64,000 nucleotides of DNA from Coraliomargarita sp. (lineage in GTDB: Bacteria; Verrucomicrobiota; Verrucomicrobiia; Opitutales; Coraliomargaritaceae), in the NCBI GenBank assembly GCA_965216325.1, contig OZ244160.1:1280001-1344000 (forward strand), in the 5' to 3' direction. The stretch's first letter is position 1, and every line of letters begins with the position of its first letter. Position numbers and translations under genes: made by a program. The notes below the pieces were generated by a model that made no database searches, was not told the origin of the DNA, and was given only the letters and a program-made list of their open reading frames with translations. Shown here piece after piece: positions 50,047 to 62,605 of this stretch.

Positions 50047-51297
50047 TCAACCGGAAAGCTGCTTGATAATTTCCACAATTGGCAGGAAGAGCGCAATAAC
50101 GATGAAACCGACAACAAGCGCGAGGAAGACGATCATGATCGGTTCAATGATCGAAGTGATACCTGCAACTGCATTGTCCACGTCTTCATCATAGTTATCG
50201 GCGACACGATTCAACATCTCCGCGAGTTCACCAGTTTCCTCACCAACATCGACCATACTAGTCACCATATTCGGGAAAACTTTCTCGCGCCCCATTGGCG
50301 CCGACAAAGATTCACCATCACGAACGGAGTCGTGAATACTGGTGAGCGCTTTGGCAAAATATACATTACCAGTGATATCTTTGGTAATGTTAATCGCTTC
50401 AAGGATCGGCACACCACTGGACAGCAAGGTGCCGAATGTGCGGGTAATGCGCCCGATGTTCACCTTACGCGCCAGATCGCCAACCTTAGGAAGATTCAAG
50501 GCACACCAGTTAAACATCTTACTACCTGGCCCAGTGCGCAGGAAGAATTTGATTCCAAAGAACACCGCCACCACAAGACCCAGTGTGATCAGGATGTTGT
50601 CCTTCATGAAATTACTGATGTTGATCACCAACTGTGTCGGAGCCGGCAGCGCAGCACCATCGAGCATTTCGTCGAAAATGGACTGAAACTTGGGAACCAC
50701 AACCACCATGAGCAAGACCACAATCGAAACAGCAACACCAACCACAACAATCGGATAGACCATTGCTGACTTAACCTTCTTCTTGGTCTTGAGGCTTTTT
50801 TCCATAAAGCCAGCCAAACGTGAAAGAACAACGTCCAAAACACCACCTGCTTCACCTGCGCGAATCATATTCACATACAGGCGGTCAAAGGTCTTCGGGT
50901 GCTGCGCCAAGCCATCTGAAAAAGAATTACCTGACTTCACTTGGTCGGCAATCTGCTCAAGCACAGCCTTAAAGCGAAGGTTCTTTTCCTGTCGAATCAT
51001 CACCTCGAGGGAACGCAACAACGGCAATCCAGCCTGAAGCAAGGTGGCCAACTGGCGCGTAAACGTCGTCAACTCCGCCGGCTTAATCACTTTGCCAAAA
51101 CCACCAGCCTTCTTCGGAGCCTTGGTTTTCGCCTTCGTAGCTTTCGCGGAACCACCACCCGCAACCTCGCCCACACTCGTTGGCATAAGGCCCATCCCGC
51201 TGAGCTTCGCGTTCGCATCATCAGTAGACGCGGCACTAATCGTGCCGTTCTTTTGCTTACCATTTTGGTCAATGGCAGAGTATTTGAATTTTGGCAT
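50047..51297 (-). CDS. pilC: Type IV pilus/T2SS platform protein
   Basis: [14 protein letters not shown], two GspF repeats. Confidence 0.92.
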   Translation of the reverse strand: MPKFKYSAIDQNGKQKNGTISAASTDDANAKLSGMGLMPTSVGEVAGGGSAKATKAKTKAPKKAGGFGKVIKPAELTTFTRQLATLLQAGLPLLRSLEVMIRQEKNLRFKAVLEQIADQVKSGNSFSDGLAQHPKTFDRLYVNMIRAGEAGGVLDVVLSRLAGFMEKSLKTKKKVKSAMVYPIVVVGVAVSIVVLLMVVVVPKFQSIFDEMLDGAALPAPTQLVINISNFMKDNILITLGLVVAVFFGIKFFLRTGPGSKMFNWCALNLPKVGDLARKVNIGRITRTFGTLLSSGVPILEAINITKDITGNVYFAKALTSIHDSVRDGESLSAPMGREKVFPNMVTSMVDVGEETGELAEMLNRVADNYDEDVDNAVAGITSIIEPIMIVFLALVVGFIVIALFLPIVEIIKQLSG

Positions 51298-51314
51298 AAC
51301 AGAAAAATGGGGCT

Positions 51315-53003
51315 CTAAGTATACTTAAGCACTTCTTCAATGGTTGCGTTACCGTCGAAAATTGCACGCAGGCCATCATCACGCAAGCTTCTCATGCCCT
51401 GTTCAAGCGCTTTTTGCTTAATCGCTAGAGTCGGCGCTTTCTGGTTGATCAGTTCACGGATGGCATCCGTAACAACGACCATCTCAAACAGGCCAATACG
51501 CCCGCGGTAACCGGTATTACTACACTCTGGGCAACCTTCACCGTAATAGAAGTCCTTGTCCGCAATCTCCAGCGGGTCGACATCGAGCATATCAATCAAC
51601 TCCGGACCAGGCTCGTATGCACTGCGGCAACTACGGCAGATGCGACGCAAGAGGCGCTGCGCAAGAATGGCTTCCAGAGAAGCAGAAATCAGGAAGGCAT
51701 CGAGCCCCATATCAATCAGACGTGTCACTGCGCCAGGAGCATCATTGGTGTGCAGGGTACTCAACACAACGTGACCAGTCAGCGAGGCCTGCACTGCAAT
51801 CTGGGCAGTCTCAAGGTCACGAATCTCCCCAACCATGATCTTGTCAGGGTCTTGGCGCAGGAACGCACGCAAGGCACGGGCGAAATCGAGCCCGACCTGG
51901 TGATTCACCGCAACCTGCATAATGCCGTCGATCTCATACTCGACCGGATCTTCAGCGGTAAGAATCTTGGTTTCGACCTTATTAACCTCCCGCAACGCAC
52001 TATAAAGTGTAGTCGTCTTACCTGAGCCAGTCGGTCCGGTAACGATGAAGATACCATTGGGTCGTGCAACCAGCTCGCGAATCTTAGCCAAAATATCATC
52101 CGGCAAGGTCAGTGCCTCCAAGTCCAGATTGACCACAGACTTATCCAGAACACGCAACACAACACTCTCCCCGAACTGGGTCGGCAAAGTCGAAACACGC
52201 AGGTCCACCGGACGACCAGCAATGGTCATCTTAATACGACCGTCCTGCGGAATACGCGTTTCCGAAATATTCATATTCGAAAGTACCTTAATACGCGAAA
52301 TAACTGGCACCGCCAAGTTGCGTGGCGGTGGCGCCATTTCATAGAGCGCACCGTCAATACGATAGCGAATACGGAATTGGTCCTCAAAGGGCTCAAAGTG
52401 GATATCTGAAGCCTTATCTTTAATCGCCTGCTGCAGAACCAGATTTACGAAACGGATAATTGGCGTCTGATTCGCCACATCCGTAAGGTCCATCTCCGAG
52501 GCATCCTCCTCGATATCCGCTATGCTAGCACCTATGTCGTCAAGGATATCGTCAATCGAAGAGTCTTCTTCACCATAAGTATTAATCAACAGCGACTCAA
52601 CCTGCTCGGGGTTACACACCGCAATGTTGATATCCTTGTTCAAGGCAAAGGTGAGATCATCGATAATACTCGAATTAAACGGATCGTGAGCCAGCAAGGT
52701 AACCGAAGTCTCGCTTGCGGTGTAGGGGACAACCGCATACATACGCGCCACCGAACTTTTGACAACGGACGCAACATCGATATCAATCGTCGAAGGCATC
52801 TCAGCCACATAGTCGTAACCAAGATAATCTGCGACGGCACTCAAGATCGCATCGCGCTCCACCAGCCCGGAATCCACAACAGCATCAGCCAACGACTTAC
52901 CAGTATGTAAGTGGCTTTCGTTCAGCTCTTCAAGAGTGGCGGGCTCGAGCAATTCGGCTGAGCTAATAATTTCGTAAACGGTCTCGTTATGATCTTCAAA
53001 CAT
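51315..53003 (-). CDS. pilB: PilB/GspE assembly ATPase (copy 2)
   Basis: [25 protein letters not shown], Zn motif. Confidence 0.88.
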   Translation of the reverse strand: MFEDHNETVYEIISSAELLEPATLEELNESHLHTGKSLADAVVDSGLVERDAILSAVADYLGYDYVAEMPSTIDIDVASVVKSSVARMYAVVPYTASETSVTLLAHDPFNSSIIDDLTFALNKDINIAVCNPEQVESLLINTYGEEDSSIDDILDDIGASIADIEEDASEMDLTDVANQTPIIRFVNLVLQQAIKDKASDIHFEPFEDQFRIRYRIDGALYEMAPPPRNLAVPVISRIKVLSNMNISETRIPQDGRIKMTIAGRPVDLRVSTLPTQFGESVVLRVLDKSVVNLDLEALTLPDDILAKIRELVARPNGIFIVTGPTGSGKTTTLYSALREVNKVETKILTAEDPVEYEIDGIMQVAVNHQVGLDFARALRAFLRQDPDKIMVGEIRDLETAQIAVQASLTGHVVLSTLHTNDAPGAVTRLIDMGLDAFLISASLEAILAQRLLRRICRSCRSAYEPGPELIDMLDVDPLEIADKDFYYGEGCPECSNTGYRGRIGLFEMVVVTDAIRELINQKAPTLAIKQKALEQGMRSLRDDGLRAIFDGNATIEEVLKYT

Positions 53004-53047
53004 GCGGGGACTTACCGTGAATAGAATAAAGTTATTTCAATAGATTG

Positions 53048-54127
53048 TTAAGTAGTCAGCGTCGCTCCCGCCTCCATCAGCTTTTCGCGCATCGTATCGG
53101 GCAACTGTGACTTCGACAAGGCCTCGTCGCCCGAGATAAGACCTCGGTTGAACAAGCTCATCAAGTGCGCATCCAAACCAATCATTCCGTGTTTTGACCC
53201 CGTCTGAATATCGGAAGCAATACGGTAGGTTTTGTTTTCACGAATCAATTGAGCAATTGAAGTCGTCGTAATCATGATTTCAAAGGCAGCTACACGGCCA
53301 CCGCCCACCTTTTTACAAAGCACCTGGGAAATCACCGCAACGATAGAGGATGCCAACTGAGTGCGAATCTGGTCCTTCATATCCGCTGGAAATGCATCCA
53401 CAATACGGTCCACCGTGCGCGCGGCCCCGGTCGTATGCAAGGTAGCAAAGACCAAGTGGCCCGTTTCAGCAGCTCCGATGGCAGCCTCCACGGTCTCCAA
53501 ATCACGCATTTCACCCACCAAAATAACATCCGGATCCTGACGCAGCGCACCGCGAATGGCATCAGAGAAACTCGACACATCATTCCCGACTTCGCGCTGG
53601 GTCATAATGCAATTCTTGTGCTCATGGAAATACTCAATCGGATCTTCAATCGTGATGATGTGGCCATCACGGTTGCGATTAATCCAATCGATCATCGATG
53701 CCAAGGTCGTCGACTTACCTGAGCCCGTCGGCCCCGTCACCAGAATCAACCCGCGCGGTCGGCTAATTAACTCCTTAATTTTGTCGGGGAGTCCGATATC
53801 CGCCAACGAGAACAAATCATTGGGAATTTGGCGCAGCACCATTCCATACGCGCCCTTGGCACGCAGGACACTCACACGAAAGCGAGCTTTACCTAAAAAC
53901 GAAAAGCCGAAGTCAGCCCCACCGGTCGTCTTCAAACGCTCCTGATTCGTGGCCGACGTAATCGCCTTCATCAGATCTTCCGTTTGCTGCGGATCCAGCA
54001 ACGGTCCCTCGACCTGAGTCATGGTTCCATGAATACGCAAGGTCGGCGCCTGACCAACTTGGATGTGCAAGTCGGAAGCGCCTTGCTCTACCATTAACTC
54101 TAGTAAGTCATTGATTTCGTAGCTCAT
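53048..54127 (-). CDS. pilT: Retraction ATPase PilT
   Basis: [26 protein letters not shown]. Confidence 0.92.
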   Translation of the reverse strand: MSYEINDLLELMVEQGASDLHIQVGQAPTLRIHGTMTQVEGPLLDPQQTEDLMKAITSATNQERLKTTGGADFGFSFLGKARFRVSVLRAKGAYGMVLRQIPNDLFSLADIGLPDKIKELISRPRGLILVTGPTGSGKSTTLASMIDWINRNRDGHIITIEDPIEYFHEHKNCIMTQREVGNDVSSFSDAIRGALRQDPDVILVGEMRDLETVEAAIGAAETGHLVFATLHTTGAARTVDRIVDAFPADMKDQIRTQLASSIVAVISQVLCKKVGGGRVAAFEIMITTTSIAQLIRENKTYRIASDIQTGSKHGMIGLDAHLMSLFNRGLISGDEALSKSQLPDTMREKLMEAGATLTT

Positions 54128-54168
54128 GGGTAATCAGAAACAGGGGTTATTGTTAATCAAGAGGAAAG

Positions 54169-55902
54169 CTAGGAGGGATCTTCTACAGTAACGTGGAGCA
54201 CCTCTTCTGAGGTGGTGACACCTGCCATAATCTTACGGATACCATCCTCACGCATCGTGCGCATGCCCATTTCACGAGACTTATTACGCAGGGCCACCAA
54301 ACTTGCATTTTCGTAGACCATCTGCTGCAACTCCTCATTCATAGTAAACATCTCGAAAATACCGACACGTCCACGGAAACCAGTCCCATTACACTTCGGA
54401 CAACCTGCACCACGCGAGAAATTGGCATCTGCGGTCTGGTCTGGACGAATACCCAGCGAATTGAGCAAACGCTCATCAGGCTCGTCCTCAGTCTTACAAT
54501 TTTGGCAAATCCGGCGCACAAGGCGCTGAGCCAGAGCAGCACGAAGCGAGGCCGAAACAAGGAATGGCTTAATGCCAATATCCACCAAACGACTGACCGC
54601 ACTCGGAGCGTCATTCGTGTGCAAGGTGCTGAACACCATGTGCCCGGTAAGCGAGGCATTCACCGCAATCTCAGCCGTTTCCTTGTCTCGAATCTCCCCG
54701 ACCATGATGATATTAGGCGCCTGACGGAGCATTGAGCGAAGCGCTGCAACAAATGTCATCCCGACGTCACGTCGGACCTGCACCTGATTGATACCAGCCA
54801 TCTCATACTCGACTGGATCTTCAACAGTGATGATCTTACGGTCCGGATGGTTAATGTAGTTGAGGGCCGAATATAGCGTGGTCGACTTACCGGAACCAGT
54901 CGGCCCCGTAACTAGAAAGATACCATCCGGCATCGCAATGATGCGCTCGAAGGTGGCTTGGTCATCACTAAAAAAACCAAGCTGGGGCAGACCAAGATTC
55001 AACCCCTCCTTGTCGAGAATACGCATAACAATACTCTCACCAAAGGCAGTAGGAAGGGTCGATACACGCAAGTCGATCACCTTAGCCCCAACCTTAATAT
55101 TGATACGGCCGTCAAGCGGCACACGCTTTTCCGCGATGCTCACATTCGACATCAGCTTGATACGCGAAACGATTGAAGGCTGCAAACGCTTGGGCGGATT
55201 CTCCACCTCATGCAACACACCATCAATACGATAACGCACGCGAAAACGCTTCTCCAGTGGCTCCATGTGAATATCAGAGGCACGTCGCTTAAGCGCTTCT
55301 GAAATCACCATGTGCACATATCGAATAATCGGCGCTTCGTCATCACCAGCGACACCGCCGCCACCAATTTCAACTTCGATTTCATCATCGATCTTCGTGC
55401 CGGAGTCATCTTCCATCCCGGCAAAAATATCGTCAACCTCCTGCATCTTCGCACCGTCATAATACTGATGAATCGCGTGTTCGACATCTGCCAGCGGCGC
55501 AACAACCGTGTTGATTGTGCGCTTAACCACATAACCGATGCTGTCGATCGCATCCATATCAAGCGGATCACAAATTGCCAACTGAACCTCAGTCTCATCG
55601 GCATGAATCGGGAAGACCTTATACTTATTCGCCAGATCGTAGCTAATTAAGTCAATTGCAGCAGTATCCACGCGGACATCCGCCAAATCGACGACATCCA
55701 TACTAAACTCGTCTGCAAGCACCTGCGCGACTTGCATCGGCTCGAGATGGTGCTCCGCGAGAAGCACATCCAGCGTCGCAGAGTCCACATCACCATCGAG
55801 ACCCTTCTCAATCGCATGCTCACGCGCAGCATCAATCGTATCCTGACCTACGATTGCTTTATCAATTAACAGTTGGAGGACAAAATCGTCAGCTGAGGTC
55901 AC
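54169..55902 (-). CDS. pilB: PilB/GspE assembly ATPase (copy 1)
   Basis: [19 protein letters not shown], Zn motif; GTG start. Confidence 0.88.
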   Translation of the reverse strand: MTSADDFVLQLLIDKAIVGQDTIDAAREHAIEKGLDGDVDSATLDVLLAEHHLEPMQVAQVLADEFSMDVVDLADVRVDTAAIDLISYDLANKYKVFPIHADETEVQLAICDPLDMDAIDSIGYVVKRTINTVVAPLADVEHAIHQYYDGAKMQEVDDIFAGMEDDSGTKIDDEIEVEIGGGGVAGDDEAPIIRYVHMVISEALKRRASDIHMEPLEKRFRVRYRIDGVLHEVENPPKRLQPSIVSRIKLMSNVSIAEKRVPLDGRINIKVGAKVIDLRVSTLPTAFGESIVMRILDKEGLNLGLPQLGFFSDDQATFERIIAMPDGIFLVTGPTGSGKSTTLYSALNYINHPDRKIITVEDPVEYEMAGINQVQVRRDVGMTFVAALRSMLRQAPNIIMVGEIRDKETAEIAVNASLTGHMVFSTLHTNDAPSAVSRLVDIGIKPFLVSASLRAALAQRLVRRICQNCKTEDEPDERLLNSLGIRPDQTADANFSRGAGCPKCNGTGFRGRVGIFEMFTMNEELQQMVYENASLVALRNKSREMGMRTMREDGIRKIMAGVTTSEEVLHVTVEDPS

Positions 55903-55941
55903 TTATATTACTGGGTGGGGATGGAATTTTGAAAAGTAGAA

Positions 55942-57861
55942 CTAACGTGAAACGCTCATCAGGAATTCCGCATTGTTGCTAGTCTTCTTGATTCGTTGGA
56001 TAAGCATTTCCATAGCATCCACGGACGGTATGCCTTTCATAGCCCTACGCAATGAATAAATTTTGAGCATTTCGTCTGGGTGGTAGAGCAATTCCTCCTT
56101 ACGGGTGCCGCTCTTTTCCATGCTTAGGGCTGGGAAAATGCGCTTATCGGAGAGGCCACGATCGAGGTGCAACTCCATGTTACCCGTGCCCTTGAACTCC
56201 TCGAAAATCACCTCGTCCATCTTACTACCAGTCTCGACCAAAGCAGTTGCCAGAATCGTCAGACTGCCGCCGTCCTCGATATTACGTGCAGAGCCGAAGA
56301 AACGCTTAGGTCGTTGCAGCGCATTCGCTTCCACACCACCGGAGAGAATCTTACCGCTATTCGGCATCATGGTATTGTAGGCACGGGCCAAACGGGTGAC
56401 CGAGTCGAGCAGAATCACCACATCGCGACCGACCTCCACCATGCGACGAGCCTTCTCGATCACCATCTCTGCAGCGTGCACGTGACTTTCAGCAGACTCA
56501 TCAAAAGTCGAGCTAATCACCTCACCATGCACCTGCCTACGGAAGTCGGTCACCTCCTCCGGGCGCTCGTCGATTAACAAAATTATTAAATGTGCGTCGG
56601 GGTAGCTCTGCTGAATCGCGTTGGCCATCCCCTGCATCAGAACTGTCTTACCGGTGCGTGGCGGCGCCACGATCAAACCACGCTGACCAAAACCAACTGG
56701 AGTCAAGCAGTCAACGACACGCATCGAAAGGTTGTCCCACTTCGACTCGGAACTGGTCTCCAAAAGAATTCGGCTGGTTGGGTAATAAGGCACACGCTCA
56801 GTGAATGGCACAATTTCCGCCAAAGTCTCGGGATCACGGTCCATCACCTGGTTAACACGAACCACAAACGGACAAGTCTCGCCCTCACGGTGCGGGTGTA
56901 ATTGGGCCTGAACGATATGCCCACGCTGCAGGCCATAACGTTCAATCAAAACCTGGGGCACAAAAGCGCTCAACCCTCGCTGACGGTAGCTATCGCGCTC
57001 GTACACGAGGACACCGCCCTCATCATCCTCCAAGACATCCAGCACACCAGTCGTTGTAATCGCGACTTTCTGCTCACCTGCCGCAGCAATCATAGCGTCC
57101 AAGATCTGCTCTCGATTCGCTGCTGGCGCCGTCTTCACCCCGCTCGCTTCAACTTCGGCACGAAGCTCAGGTAGCGGCAAGTCGTAGATACGGTTGAAGT
57201 CCAAGCCCTCACCCTCGCCAGACTTCAACTCATCCGCCTTCGCGCAAATCGCCTCAAAATCCTCAAATAGCTCGTAGTCCGGAAGGTCGCCATAGTTGAA
57301 ACTTGAGCCCTCCTCCTTGATCACCTTCTTCTTATTCTTCTGCCAACGCGCCTTCTTCTTGCTTGGTTGATTCTTGTTCTTGTTGAACTTGTTATTGCGA
57401 TTTTGGCGATCGTTCTGGTGACGACCATGCTTCGGGTGCGGCTTCTTGCCATGGCCCTGCCCCTGAGACTTTGACGCATCAACCGGGTCTGGCTTCGCCT
57501 CCCCAGCCGGCTTATCTTCAGCAGCAGGCTTCGCATCCTCACGCGGCGTAGGAGGATCAATCGGCCCCGGCACGAAGCTATTTTGCTCAATCATGTCATC
57601 ATCCGAAGTGCTAAAGCTGGTTGGAATCTCGCCTTTATCATCCACCGGAGATGGCTTGCTAAAATCAGAACCGCCGCCGATCTCAAGCTGCTCAGGCTCC
57701 GCCGCTTTGGCTACTTTTTTAGCAGCGCGCTTCTTCGCAGACTTCTTCTTCGCCGCCTTCTTCGCAGACTTCTTTTTCGCCGCACGCTTCTTCACCGGCG
57801 TTTCCACGGCCTCTGCAGGCACAATTTCTTCAATGGGGGTGTTTTCTTCGTCTAAGCTCAT
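55942..57861 (-). CDS. rho: Transcription termination factor Rho with long low-complexity N-terminus
   Basis: [33 protein letters not shown]. Confidence 0.95.
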   Translation of the reverse strand: MSLDEENTPIEEIVPAEAVETPVKKRAAKKKSAKKAAKKKSAKKRAAKKVAKAAEPEQLEIGGGSDFSKPSPVDDKGEIPTSFSTSDDDMIEQNSFVPGPIDPPTPREDAKPAAEDKPAGEAKPDPVDASKSQGQGHGKKPHPKHGRHQNDRQNRNNKFNKNKNQPSKKKARWQKNKKKVIKEEGSSFNYGDLPDYELFEDFEAICAKADELKSGEGEGLDFNRIYDLPLPELRAEVEASGVKTAPAANREQILDAMIAAAGEQKVAITTTGVLDVLEDDEGGVLVYERDSYRQRGLSAFVPQVLIERYGLQRGHIVQAQLHPHREGETCPFVVRVNQVMDRDPETLAEIVPFTERVPYYPTSRILLETSSESKWDNLSMRVVDCLTPVGFGQRGLIVAPPRTGKTVLMQGMANAIQQSYPDAHLIILLIDERPEEVTDFRRQVHGEVISSTFDESAESHVHAAEMVIEKARRMVEVGRDVVILLDSVTRLARAYNTMMPNSGKILSGGVEANALQRPKRFFGSARNIEDGGSLTILATALVETGSKMDEVIFEEFKGTGNMELHLDRGLSDKRIFPALSMEKSGTRKEELLYHPDEMLKIYSLRRAMKGIPSVDAMEMLIQRIKKTSNNAEFLMSVSR

Positions 57862-57928
57862 AGCTTGTAAAAATGAGGATTGGAACCACTTACCCGGCAC
57901 TTACCGATAGTGTGCACGGGCACGGCAC

Positions 57929-58510
57929 TTACGCATGCCGAATTTGTTCGATCAAATGAGTCGTTTGCAATTTAAGAAAATCTAAGCTTCCATTATTCGA
58001 GATGACGTGATGCGCACGGACAACTTTCTCTTCGAGAGGCATTTGTCGCTGGCGTCGCTGTTCAACTTCATCACCAGAATATCCCCGGTTCACCATACGG
58101 CGATCTATAACAGCAGCGGTACAACTAACACACACAGTTAAATCGAATTCTGTTTCAAGCCTTTTTTCAAACAGAAGTGGTATCTCGACGAGCCAATCCG
58201 CCTCAGGATCTGCAGCAACCTTCGACTTCCATGCATCCCGCACCAGTGGATGCAGAAGCCCCTCTAGCCAGCGCAGTTCAGCGTCGTCTGCAAACACGCG
58301 CTCAGCGATTGCCTTGCGATCAACCTGCCCGGCAGCATCAAACACCGCCACACCCCAATGCCCTCTCAAAGCCGTATGCACGTGCGGATCAGACCGTAAA
58401 AGCTCCCGCACGACTTCGTCACTTTCGATCGTTCGCCAGCCAGCTTCAGCAAAAAAACGCACAACGGTTGATTTTCCACAACCAATCCCTCCTGTAAGTC
58501 CAACACGCAT
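57929..58510 (-). CDS. coaE: Dephospho-CoA kinase
   Basis: [23 protein letters not shown]. Confidence 0.93.
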   Translation of the reverse strand: MRVGLTGGIGCGKSTVVRFFAEAGWRTIESDEVVRELLRSDPHVHTALRGHWGVAVFDAAGQVDRKAIAERVFADDAELRWLEGLLHPLVRDAWKSKVAADPEADWLVEIPLLFEKRLETEFDLTVCVSCTAAVIDRRMVNRGYSGDEVEQRRQRQMPLEEKVVRAHHVISNNGSLDFLKLQTTHLIEQIRHA

Positions 58511-58603
58511 TGAATGAGTAAAAATAGATCCAGCCAAGGACAGGCCAACGATATAAAGAAGTGACAAACGCCGCAACTTGCGCACGCTCTTAAAATTAGA
58601 TTT

Positions 58604-60151
58604 ATGCTGGGAATTACACAATCAGCCGCACTAGTCGGCGTCGACGCTCATCCCGTTCAGGTTGAAGTCAATACGGGCGAAGCCGGCGAACTCAAATTTA
58701 TTTTGGTCGGCCTGCCCGATACCGCGGTCAAAGAGTCGCAAGACCGCGTATTTTCAGCAATCAACAACAGTGGCTACCGCATGCCCGCAACTCGCACCAC
58801 GATAAATCTTGCTCCGGGCGGCTTACGCAAAGAAGGCCCGGCCTACGACCTGCCAATCGCGCTCGGTATCCTCGCCTCGATGAAACAGTGCGAATCCAGC
58901 CGCCTCGACAACTTTCTAATCGCGGGCGAACTTAGTCTGTCAGGCAAGACACGCCCCGTAAAGGGCGCATTGGCAATGGCGATGCTCGCCCGCAAGCTTG
59001 GCAAGCAAGGGCTCATCATCCCCTCAGAATCCGTCGACGAAGCCGCGTTAGTCAACGACATCGCCGTTTATCCCGTCGGCAGCCTGGACGAAACAGTTCG
59101 TTTCCTCAATGGCGAGCGTGAGTTACTGCCAGCAAGGCGCGGCCAGAGCCATTATTTTCAAGAACGTCCCGAAGCCCAGCAACTGGACTTCTCGGAAGTC
59201 AAAGGCCAGCACGCGGTGCGCCGCGCAGTCGAAATCGCCGTCAGCGGTGGTCACAATCTCCTGATGATCGGGAGCCCTGGATCCGGCAAGTCCATGATCG
59301 CCAAACGCATCCCAACCATCATGCCGAGGCCAGGCATCGATGAATTCCTAGAGATTCTCAGCATTCAATCCGCGGCAGGAGCCACTCTGGATGCAGCGAG
59401 CCGCCACTATGAACGCCCCTTCAGATCGCCACACCACACGATATCAGACGTAGGGCTACTCGGCGGCGGCACTATCCCCGGCCCGGGCGAAATCTCGCTG
59501 GCACACAACGGAGTGCTCTTTCTCGATGAACTGCCGGAATTCAAGCGCTCCGCCCTAGAAGTGCTTCGCCAACCCCTAGAAGATGGCAAAGTTACCATCT
59601 CACGCAGCGCCGGCAAAATCACCCTCCCCTGCTCTGTCATGCTGGTCGCAGCCATGAACCCCTGCCCCTGCGGCTACACCGGTGACAATAGCCGCGAGTG
59701 TCGCTGCACCGTGCCGCAGATCCAACGCTATCGCTCGAAAATCAGCGGCCCCCTTCTCGACCGCATCGATTTGCATGTGGAAGCGCCCGCCTTGCGCATC
59801 GAAGAACTCCGTGATGCGACCCCCGGCGAGAGCTCAGCAACCATGCGCGAGCGCTGCGAAGCCGCACGCAACCGTCAATATCGACGTTTCAACGAGCAAG
59901 CAGATGCTGCGAAGCGCTGCAATGCACGCATGTCACACTCTCAAATCCGCAAGTATTGCAACATCAACAAGGAGCAGGGAGATCTACTGCAACAGGCAAT
60001 GGAACAGCTGTCCCTCTCCGCACGTGCCTATGATCGCATTCTAAAAGTGGCTCGAACGATTGCAGATTTGTCAGATTGTGATGAATTAGAGACAGCCCAC
60101 CTTCTAGAGGCGATCCAATACCGGAGTCTCGACCGCTCCCTTTTCTACTAA
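58604..60151 (+). CDS. comM: YifB/ComM Mg-chelatase-like AAA+ ATPase
   Basis: [30 protein letters not shown]. Confidence 0.88.
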   Translation: MLGITQSAALVGVDAHPVQVEVNTGEAGELKFILVGLPDTAVKESQDRVFSAINNSGYRMPATRTTINLAPGGLRKEGPAYDLPIALGILASMKQCESSRLDNFLIAGELSLSGKTRPVKGALAMAMLARKLGKQGLIIPSESVDEAALVNDIAVYPVGSLDETVRFLNGERELLPARRGQSHYFQERPEAQQLDFSEVKGQHAVRRAVEIAVSGGHNLLMIGSPGSGKSMIAKRIPTIMPRPGIDEFLEILSIQSAAGATLDAASRHYERPFRSPHHTISDVGLLGGGTIPGPGEISLAHNGVLFLDELPEFKRSALEVLRQPLEDGKVTISRSAGKITLPCSVMLVAAMNPCPCGYTGDNSRECRCTVPQIQRYRSKISGPLLDRIDLHVEAPALRIEELRDATPGESSATMRERCEAARNRQYRRFNEQADAAKRCNARMSHSQIRKYCNINKEQGDLLQQAMEQLSLSARAYDRILKVARTIADLSDCDELETAHLLEAIQYRSLDRSLFY

Positions 60152-60270
60152 ACTACTTACCTCAGCTGTATTCCGCAAAAGGAACGCATTTATAGAAAAA
60201 TGAGTTTTTCTAGCTAATACAGCTTGCACTAGATGCCCCAATCACTCAGAGAAACTACCTATTAACCAAT

Positions 60271-60358
<88 letters not shown>

Positions 60359-60371
60359 TTTATTTTTATCG

Positions 60372-61016
60372 ATGAAGACCGTCGCAATCATTGAAGACCA
60401 AACTGCCATCCGCGAGATGATGAGCCAAGCGATCTTGAATCGCGACGAATTTGAAGTCGTGCTGGATTGCGGCGATGGCCAACTCGGCTTAGACAAGACA
60501 CTCGAACTGAAGCCAGACTTCGTCATACTCGACGTCATGTTGCCGAACCTGAACGGCACCGAAATCCTTCGCCGCATCGCAAGCGAACTTCCCGACGCAC
60601 GCGTCTTAATCTTTTCCGGTTACCAATCCCCGGGGCTCGTTCGCGAGCTATTACAAGCGGGAGCACATGGCTTCGTCGAAAAGTCCGCCCCCTTGACTGA
60701 GCTCAAAAAAGGTATCGAAATTGTGGCAGGAGGCGGCAGTTATTTTGGCCCCGAAGTAGCCCTACTGCTTCGCGAAGCAATGGCTGACCCAAAATCCAAG
60801 GAGTCTGGTATCAATGTGCTCACCAAGCGTGAACGCCAAATCCTGCAACTGATTGCTGAAAGTAATAGCACTCGCGAGATCGCGGAAAAACTGGATATCA
60901 GTGTAAAGACCGCCGAAAACCACCGCACTAACTTGATGCGCAAGCTCGACCTCCACGACGTCGCCAGCCTGACCCGCTACGCCATCAACCACGGCCTCGT
61001 GGTCATGGGCAGCTAA
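60372..61016 (+). CDS. NarL/LuxR-family response regulator
   Basis: Receiver domain (IED, LDV, K) and LTKRE..HTH. Confidence 0.93.
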   Translation: MKTVAIIEDQTAIREMMSQAILNRDEFEVVLDCGDGQLGLDKTLELKPDFVILDVMLPNLNGTEILRRIASELPDARVLIFSGYQSPGLVRELLQAGAHGFVEKSAPLTELKKGIEIVAGGGSYFGPEVALLLREAMADPKSKESGINVLTKRERQILQLIAESNSTREIAEKLDISVKTAENHRTNLMRKLDLHDVASLTRYAINHGLVVMGS

Positions 61017-61849
61017 CACACTGCCGCCAAGCGGTCAGCAAGTATTTCAAGCAGCAGTGGGTGCTCACCCAGTAGAGGTGTGCGAATGATACTAGTGTAA
61101 GCACCACGTGCGCACAGCTCATCGCAGATCTCGGCAACATCCCCCCCCTCTCCGGCGTGTCGCCCCGGCAGAAGAAAAAACATGGCCGCGAGCAAACTGC
61201 CCCCGGAAAATCCGTCAACTTGATCGACCCGCTCCAATAGTGGCTCATTGAAGTCATATTCAGGGTCATCCCTGCGTTCCATCGACGATGCACAAATACG
61301 CAATTCCGGAAGCCGCTCAGCTAATTGAGCCGCAACTGCATTCCTAAGAGTATTCACTGGCGCATAGGGCGTGCCATGATCCACCAAAGCAACTTTGGCT
61401 TCAGACAAAGCCTCTCGCCCTAAGATCCTACGAACGGAATGCTCCAAGATCTCAGCCAAACGCGGATCCGGAGCGCGCACATCGGCTCCGGCGATCGTTC
61501 CTGCAACAACGACTTCCAAGCCCAAATACTCATCGCCGACCTCATCAATAACCTGAGGCACATAGTCAACGATTGCACGACTGGGCCCCAAAAAGAGCGG
61601 CAGAATAATAAAACGACGCTTCCCCTCCTTAGCAGCAGCACGCAGAGCACGTTTCAGAATCGTTGCTGGCTCGCCCCCCAACTGATCGGGATCAATCTTG
61701 TGTGAATGGAGCAGGCTAACCGGCTGAACCGATGTGCCCAGATGTTCTGAAAGCGCAGCAGCGAGGGCGCGCAAAGCAAGTGTCGCCTGCGGGCGCAGCG
61801 AGCCATTATCGACTAAAAAGATCTCGGGTGATTCTGCCTTGGGCATCAT
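61013..61849 (-). CDS. CbiX/SirB-like chelatase-fold protein
   Basis: DNGS, PLFLGPS, DHGT, FLLPGRH. Confidence 0.75.
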   Translation of the reverse strand: MMPKAESPEIFLVDNGSLRPQATLALRALAAALSEHLGTSVQPVSLLHSHKIDPDQLGGEPATILKRALRAAAKEGKRRFIILPLFLGPSRAIVDYVPQVIDEVGDEYLGLEVVVAGTIAGADVRAPDPRLAEILEHSVRRILGREALSEAKVALVDHGTPYAPVNTLRNAVAAQLAERLPELRICASSMERRDDPEYDFNEPLLERVDQVDGFSGGSLLAAMFFLLPGRHAGEGGDVAEICDELCARGAYTSIIRTPLLGEHPLLLEILADRLAAVC

Positions 61850-61932
61850 GGACTTGTGTTTGAATATTTCTGTCTCTGAGCAAAGGAAAAAGTTTGCGCG
61901 AGACAAACCAAGCACCCACATTTTTCGGCACT

Positions 61933-62526
61933 ATGGTAAAGTCGCTTCGAAACTCTCTCTTCCTGATCATCGCAGCGCTGTTGCTAACAGCCTGCCCCAA
62001 GAAACAAGGCCCCACTCCATCGGGTAACGCAACTGGTGGCGGCATCCCCGCCGAGCGCATTAACGGCGAATTCATTCCGGATGGCGACGGAAGCGGCGAC
62101 TGGGGCATGGACGGTGGCGACCTCGCTGACCTCGGTCGTGACTCGGGCGACATGATTGCCAACGGCATGTATGGCGAATACACCATGGTTGAAAATGTTT
62201 TACCTTCGGTGTTCTTCGGCTTCGACTCCTCGGCAATTTCTGGCACCGAGCGCAGTAAACTCCAGCAAGCAGCCAACTACCTCGCCGACAATCCAGCCGA
62301 AAAACTCCTCCTTGAAGGTCATTGCGACTGGTATGGCACAGCCGAATACAACCTCGCACTCGGCGATCGCCGTGCAATCAGTGCTCGCGACTACCTAATC
62401 ACACTTGGCGTGCAAGCCGACCGCGTTGAAACACTTTCCAAGGGCAGCCTCGAATCAACTGGCGGCCTCTCTAAGACAGAATCCTCTCAAGACCGTCGCG
62501 CGGACGTGATCGTGCTGAGAAAATAA
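61933..62526 (+). CDS. pal: Pal/OmpA-family lipoprotein
   Basis: LTAC lipobox, FGFDS, EGHCD, YNLALGDRRA, RRAD. Confidence 0.88.
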   Translation: MVKSLRNSLFLIIAALLLTACPKKQGPTPSGNATGGGIPAERINGEFIPDGDGSGDWGMDGGDLADLGRDSGDMIANGMYGEYTMVENVLPSVFFGFDSSAISGTERSKLQQAANYLADNPAEKLLLEGHCDWYGTAEYNLALGDRRAISARDYLITLGVQADRVETLSKGSLESTGGLSKTESSQDRRADVIVLRK

Positions 62527-62547
62527 TCCGACTTTCCGACTTACCAG

Positions 62548-62579
62548 AAAGCCCGCTCTTAACCGAGCGGGCTTTTTTT
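62548..62579 (+). terminator. Rho-independent terminator
   Basis: AAAGCCCGCTC..GAGCGGGCTTTTTTT. Confidence 0.88.
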
Positions 62580-62605
62580 ATGAACTGACAACGCCACGAC
62601 TAACG

